DNA from: an archaeon
Lineage (GTDB): Archaea > Nanobdellota > Nanobdellia > Woesearchaeales > UBA9642
Length of the DNA stretch: 64,000 nucleotides
NCBI GenBank assembly: GCA_020057295.1
Contig: JAGVGF010000001.1
Coordinates: forward strand, 64,001 to 128,000
Reading direction: 5' to 3'
Made by a program: the position numbers and the translations under genes. Position 1 is the first letter of the stretch. Each line of letters begins with the position of its first letter. Positions 58,952-64,000 of this stretch are shown one piece after another. A model generated the notes under the pieces. It was not told the DNA's origin. It worked only from the letters and a program-made list of their open reading frames with translations, and did no database searches.

Positions 58952-59803
58952 ATGAGTGATTTCCCTTATGTTGAAACAATGTTCGGCTTAATGGCCGTAT
59001 ATGGAGCATATAAAATTCTTAGTTCTAAAAGTAAGACTACAAGACAATCTATTGAAACTACAACAAGTACATCAAGTGAAATAACATACAGAAAAAACAA
59101 ATCTCTTGAAGCACGTCTAGAATCTGAACCATTAAAAAATGGAACACATGATGACTTTGCCGTATTAATCAGTGGAATGACCGAAGAAAGACATGAAGAA
59201 AATATTAATTTAGCATATAATACATTAATTGGTTCTGGATACAAACCTGAAAATATTTACATACTTGATGATGATGGCAGATCTGATAGGAATTATCCTG
59301 TAGATGCTTCTGCAGAAAAATCCACTATAAAATTATTATTTGATCATCTAAAAAAAAGAGTCGATAATAAAGATTCATTATTTGTATACGTTACTAATCA
59401 TGGTGAAAAAGAAGATGATCAATCTTCAATATTATTATATGGTGAAGATGTTTATGAGAAAGATTTTGAAAAATATTTAACAGGAATTGAAGCAAAAATA
59501 GGAATATTAGTATTTGATCAATGTTATAGTGGAGGATTTGCCAAAAGATTAGGGAAAGGTAAATATGTTGCAATAGCAGCATGTCAACCTGATGAAAGTA
59601 GCAAGGAAAACACATTCCCACAAGCATTCTTCAAAGCATTCAAAGACACAATTGCAGATATTAATAAAGATGGCAGATTAAGTGTTGAAGAAGCATTCAT
59701 ATATGCTGCAAGTCACGATCGAAATGCCACACATGGTAATCAAAAACCAATGCTTATATCAGAATTAAATCCTAAAAAGATAATATTAGGATTATTTGAG
59801 TGA
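58952..59803 (+). CDS. Clan CD (C13/caspase-like) cysteine peptidase, N-terminal anchor
   Basis: YVTNHG and DQCYSGGF dyad; EF-hand-like DINKDGRLSVEE. Confidence 0.82.
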   Translation: MSDFPYVETMFGLMAVYGAYKILSSKSKTTRQSIETTTSTSSEITYRKNKSLEARLESEPLKNGTHDDFAVLISGMTEERHEENINLAYNTLIGSGYKPENIYILDDDGRSDRNYPVDASAEKSTIKLLFDHLKKRVDNKDSLFVYVTNHGEKEDDQSSILLYGEDVYEKDFEKYLTGIEAKIGILVFDQCYSGGFAKRLGKGKYVAIAACQPDESSKENTFPQAFFKAFKDTIADINKDGRLSVEEAFIYAASHDRNATHGNQKPMLISELNPKKIILGLFE

Positions 59804-59809
59804 TAAAAT

Positions 59810-60559
59810 ATGATTAGAAAATTATGGTATAACATAACACAACCATTAGTTACACCTCCAGAGACAGTAACTGAAAGTATAACTATGAGATCAGTATATA
59901 CAGTTCCTAAAGAATTAAAAGATGCTATAAGACATATTGATAAAAGTTGTGATGATATTAAAGCATATGGATGGATGCCTGTAAGTATTAACTTATGGAA
60001 TTATATACGAAATGAAGAACATAATAGATTAATGATTCCAGGACAGAAAGTTCTTGAATTAGGATCAGGAAGTGGATGTGGACTATTAACATGGTCATAC
60101 AAAGGATATCCTGTAACAGGAATTGAATTAATCGCAGATTTAGAACAAAAATCACGCTCATTATTAGCAGAATATCCAGAACTAACAAAAGCACCAATAA
60201 CAATCTTACAAGGAAGTTATTATCCTAAAAGATATATTCTTGACAGAAACAAAGGATTACATAAAAAAGTTATACAATTAGAACAACAAGAAGTAAGAAA
60301 TTGGAGCGAAAGATATGTTAAGGAAACATTCCATCCAACATGTGGTGTTGACATTTATGAAAAGAACGGAATTTCAATAAAAGATTTCGATGTAATATAT
60401 GCATACTTATGGCAGTACCAATTCCCATCAGTTCTAGACATGTTCAAAAAACATGCACGAAAAGACTCCGTGTTTCTAGCCATCGGACCAAACCACAGAG
60501 AAATAGCACAATCATTAGGACTTCGAACGTACAAACATAGTCATGTAATAACGAAATAA
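59810..60559 (+). CDS. Class I SAM-dependent methyltransferase
   Basis: VLELGSGSG, TGIE, FDVIYAY.W. Confidence 0.8.
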   Translation: MIRKLWYNITQPLVTPPETVTESITMRSVYTVPKELKDAIRHIDKSCDDIKAYGWMPVSINLWNYIRNEEHNRLMIPGQKVLELGSGSGCGLLTWSYKGYPVTGIELIADLEQKSRSLLAEYPELTKAPITILQGSYYPKRYILDRNKGLHKKVIQLEQQEVRNWSERYVKETFHPTCGVDIYEKNGISIKDFDVIYAYLWQYQFPSVLDMFKKHARKDSVFLAIGPNHREIAQSLGLRTYKHSHVITK

Positions 60560-60688
60560 ATAATTCTACAGAAAAATAATATAATAATATTTCTAAAATA
60601 TAGCTCTCGCTATTCCTTAATTATTTTTATGAATTTCATAGCTAAAGCTATGTTCTATTAATACATTTTCTAGAAGAAAATGATGAAT

Positions 60689-63668
60689 AGACCGTGTATA
60701 GTTGTGGACCTGAATTAGATATAACGGAATTGTTGGGTACTGCTGGCTGAATACCTCGTTACCTTGGTACTTACACCACAGTTCCATTAAACTCATCTTC
60801 TATGAGTATTCCTCACGTCTCTTTTCAAGGGGGGTTTCCGGCTTAGATGCTTTCAGCCGTTATCCCGTAACGCGTAGCTGCTCTGCATACCTTGTTAGAT
60901 AACAGATCGACCAGAGGCGTCGACCCATCGTTCCTCTCGTACTAAATGGATCTTCCTTTCAGACGTTATACATTCCCAGTAGTTATTAAACCAACTGCCT
61001 CACAGCGTTGTGAACCCAGCTAACATCCCTTTTAATGGGTGAACACCCCCACCCTTGGCCGCTTCTGCACGGCCAGGATAGGAAGAGCCGACAACGATGT
61101 AGCAAGCCGCGCCGTCGATGTGAACTCTCGGGCGCGACAACCCTGTTATCCCCGGAGTAACTTTTCGGTCAGCACTAGACCCCATCAAGGAGTCATAGTG
61201 GTTCGCTAGGCCCAAATTTCTTTACTGAGATCTATCTTATTAAGATATCAGTTAGGCTGGCTTTTGCCCTTGCACTCTACACCGGATTTCTGACCCGGTT
61301 GAGCCAACCATTGGGCACTCATGATATCCTTTCATGAGTATGCCGCCCCAGCTAAACTATCCACCTGCTACTGTTTCGATAAATCGATCAGCGGCGTAAA
61401 TCTCAAAGAGTGGTATTTCATCTTTCGCCTAAACACTACCTTGCAGCAGTGCCTCAAACAGCTTCCACCTATTCTACACATCAAGACTCGCGTCGCAATA
61501 ACAGGCTATAGTAAAGTTTCACGGGGTCTTCACGACCCACTGGAAATCTTCGGCCTTCACACCGAACAGAGTGTTCGGAAGGTTCTAGATAGGGACAGTG
61601 GACAACTCGTTACGCCATTCATGCACGTCGTCAATCAAACGACAAGGTATTTCGCTACCTTAAGAGAGTTATAGTTACCCCCGCTGTTTATCAGTCCTTA
61701 GCTCGATTGAAATCGAGTTTTAGATACTGACACTGAGCAGACGTCACCTACTATACAAGCCCTTACGGGTTAGCAGTAAGTTGTGTTTTTGTTAAACAGT
61801 CGGTCGTCCTTGATCTTTGCACCCTGTAATCGCACAAATACATGTACGAAAGCAGGGACCCCTTATCCCGAAGTTACGGGGCCATTTTGCCGAGTTCCCT
61901 TACCTAGATTATCCTTTCACACTTTAGGCTTCTCACCTAGGGGCACCAGTGCTGGTTCTTGGTACGAGTTATCAAGATTTATTCTAATTCTATTTTCATG
62001 GGCTCCAGGCATCAACCAGATACAACTTAAGTTATACTCATCAAAGCTTTAACCTGGTTCTCAATATAATATTACTCCCCAGGCTTATGCTTCTTAACAA
62101 TTATTCATTGCTGATCTAGCCCAAAACGTCTAAAATTAGACTTGCGTCACCGCACATACTTGACAAGTACAGGAATATTAACCTGTTTCCCTTTCCCGAA
62201 TATACTCGTTCTCCGAGCTCGGTTAGGATCGACTAACCCTTGGCTGATCTACATTGCCAAGGAACCCTTGCCCTTTCAGTGGCAGAGATTCTCACTCTGC
62301 TATGATCCTACTACCACCAGGATTTTTATTACAGGCAGATCCACAAATGCGTGTGCACTTGCTTCTGCTCTACCCATACACCGACCTACCACATTCATTA
62401 CTGAAGTCCATGGTATCGGTAGCTAATTTAGCCCCGTCCATTTTAGATGCTTACAATCTTGACGAGTAAGCTGTTACGCACTTTTTAAAGGGTTGCTGCT
62501 TCTAAGCAAACCTCCTCGCTGTCTATGATTGTAAACGATCTTCAACCCATAACACTTAAATAGCATTTAGGGACCTTAACCATGGTCTGGGTTGTTTCCC
62601 TCGAGGAGAACGAGTTTACCCCGCTCCCCCGTCTCCACACATCTACGACGTATTAGCATTCGGAGTTGGACAAGAAACCGAGTCCTTTCGAACCCTAAAT
62701 CTCTAATCCGTCTCTCTACCTCTAATACTATCTCCGTGCAGGTTTGACTGCGGCCAATTTCGATCGGAACCAGCTATCACCGGGTTCGATGGGCTTATCA
62801 CCCCTAATGTCATGTTACACAAACGCTTGCACACAGAACTGCTTCGGTCCTCCACCCCTTTTTACGGGGGCTTCAACCTACACAACATTAGATCACCCGG
62901 TTTCGGGTCGTATTCATGTGACTACATGGCACTTTAATACCATCCGCCTCATTGCTTGCGCGGAAATCGGTTTCCCTTCGCTTTCCTCCTTAACAGAGTT
63001 AAGCTTGCCACACAAATATACTCCCTGGCACGTTATTCAAAACGGACGATAGGCCTCCTAAGAGGACTATCATACTGTAACTATTAGGTTTCAAGGTCTT
63101 TGAACTCCCTGTTAGGGGTTCTTTTCAGCTTTCCCTCGCGGTACTTCTACGCTATCGGTCTCGAAACGTATTTAAGGTTAGAAGTTGATGACTCCCAGTT
63201 TCACGCCCCGTATCCAGGGAGCGCTACTCAGGATACACTCAAAATCCATTCATCTACTCTTACGGGACTATCACCCTTTACCGTCTGGCATTCCAGCCAA
63301 GTTCAGATCGAAGAATTAGGATAAAAGAATGTCCTACAACACCACATCTCTATTATATTACTATAACAGATTCAGTTTGCCTTATACTGCGTTCTCTCGC
63401 TGATACTAGCAGCATCTCTTTTGATTTCTTTTCCTGCGGGTACTAAGATGTTTCCATCCCCCGCGTTCGCCGTCCTTTAGGACTTATTGTGAAGTCACAT
63501 TCGGAAATCCTGGGTTCAAAGGTTACATGCACCTCGCCCAGGCTTATTGCAGCTTGTCGCATCCTTCATCACCGTATCGAGCCAAGCTATCCACCTAATA
63601 GTGTAATAGAATCTTATAAATTATTTTACGGATTCTTATCTAAGACAGATCTTTTCTATACACGGTCT
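60689..63668. repeat. Inverted repeats forming the pre-23S processing stem
   Basis: agaccgtgtatag (60689-60701) / ctatacacggtct (63656-63668), with further pairing inward. Confidence 0.85.
60713..63645 (-). rRNA. rrl: 23S rRNA (ends approximate)
   Basis: Reverse complements of conserved LSU motifs: sarcin-ricin gttcctctcgtact, gagccgaca..gatgtagcaa, ccctgttatccc, tttcgctaccttaag, cttttcagctttccctcgcggtact; about 2.9 kb. Confidence 0.97.
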
Positions 63669-63915
63669 CATCGAATATAATTTATGATAACTAGTCTTGT
63701 GTTATTCACGCGAATGAATAATTAGACTGAATATATTCTACACCAACCACCCGTTACATGTTATGTAACGAGTTTCTTTGCAAGAAACTTAACAAGCTTC
63801 CTGCATCCTAAAAATTTTTTCAAATCTTAGGGTCTCATGAAATAAATGAGTGTGAGTTATGATACTTTGTAAATTTTGTAATAAAAATAAAAATTTGGAA
63901 TGTGTGGAAACAAAA

Positions 63916-63989
63916 TGGACTGGTCGGGATTTGAACCCGAAGCCTCTCCCGTGCAAGGGGAGCGTTATACCAGGTTTAACTACCAGCCC
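63916..63989 (-). tRNA. tRNA-Ala(TGC), upstream of 23S (probable 16S-23S spacer)
   Basis: GGGCTGG/CCAGTCC with G3-U70, CTCCC-CT-TGC-AC-GGGAG. Confidence 0.95.
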
Positions 63990-64000
63990 CCATGAATATA

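Noticed and set aside
850-60203. Numerous antisense or nested ORFs (e.g. 4630-5022, 13276-13704, 34769-35269, 40436-41116)
   Set aside because: Shadow frames of well-supported genes; Ser/Phe/Leu-rich with no motifs
60713-63645. Intron or homing-endonuclease insertion in 23S rRNA
   Set aside because: Length about 2.9 kb and conserved motifs contiguous; no large insertion evident by eye
61000-63680. Eight ORF-track entries inside the GC-richer terminal region
   Set aside because: They overlap the 23S rRNA; spurious frames

Overview
AT-rich archaeal chromosome segment, most consistent with a DPANN (Woesearchaeota-like) organism. Evidence: TFB, TFE, RpoL, aIF6, L35Ae, L41e, S6e, L10e, Kae1, ZPR1, NucS, SepF, BHB-type tRNA introns, a tRNA-Ile(UAU), and TATA boxes about 25-30 nt ahead of many start codons. 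The window holds about 75 mostly housekeeping CDSs, seven tRNAs (three with canonical 37/38 introns) and a complete minus-strand 23S rRNA preceded by tRNA-Ala, with no 5S gene following. The most unusual part is 0.7-13 kb. It contains (i) a winged-helix protein with a PIP-box-like tail next to long AT-rich spacers with clustered palindromes; (ii) a stand-alone large serine recombinase with a 9-2-9 palindrome on its own promoter and a degenerate nuclease-like tail; (iii) a four-gene operon of a His-rich membrane protein, two paralogous 5-TM proteins with unrelated C-terminal payloads (coiled coil versus collagen + Ig-like) and a helical protein; and (iv) orphan HipA-like kinase and SpoT-like HD genes. 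Other notable items are a 1.2-kb tRNA-Gln islet with an M23-like gene, a half Hel308, a His-rich FtsY and an RHH-nucleotidyltransferase pseudoenzyme. All family calls come from motif recognition by eye; no database searches were run.
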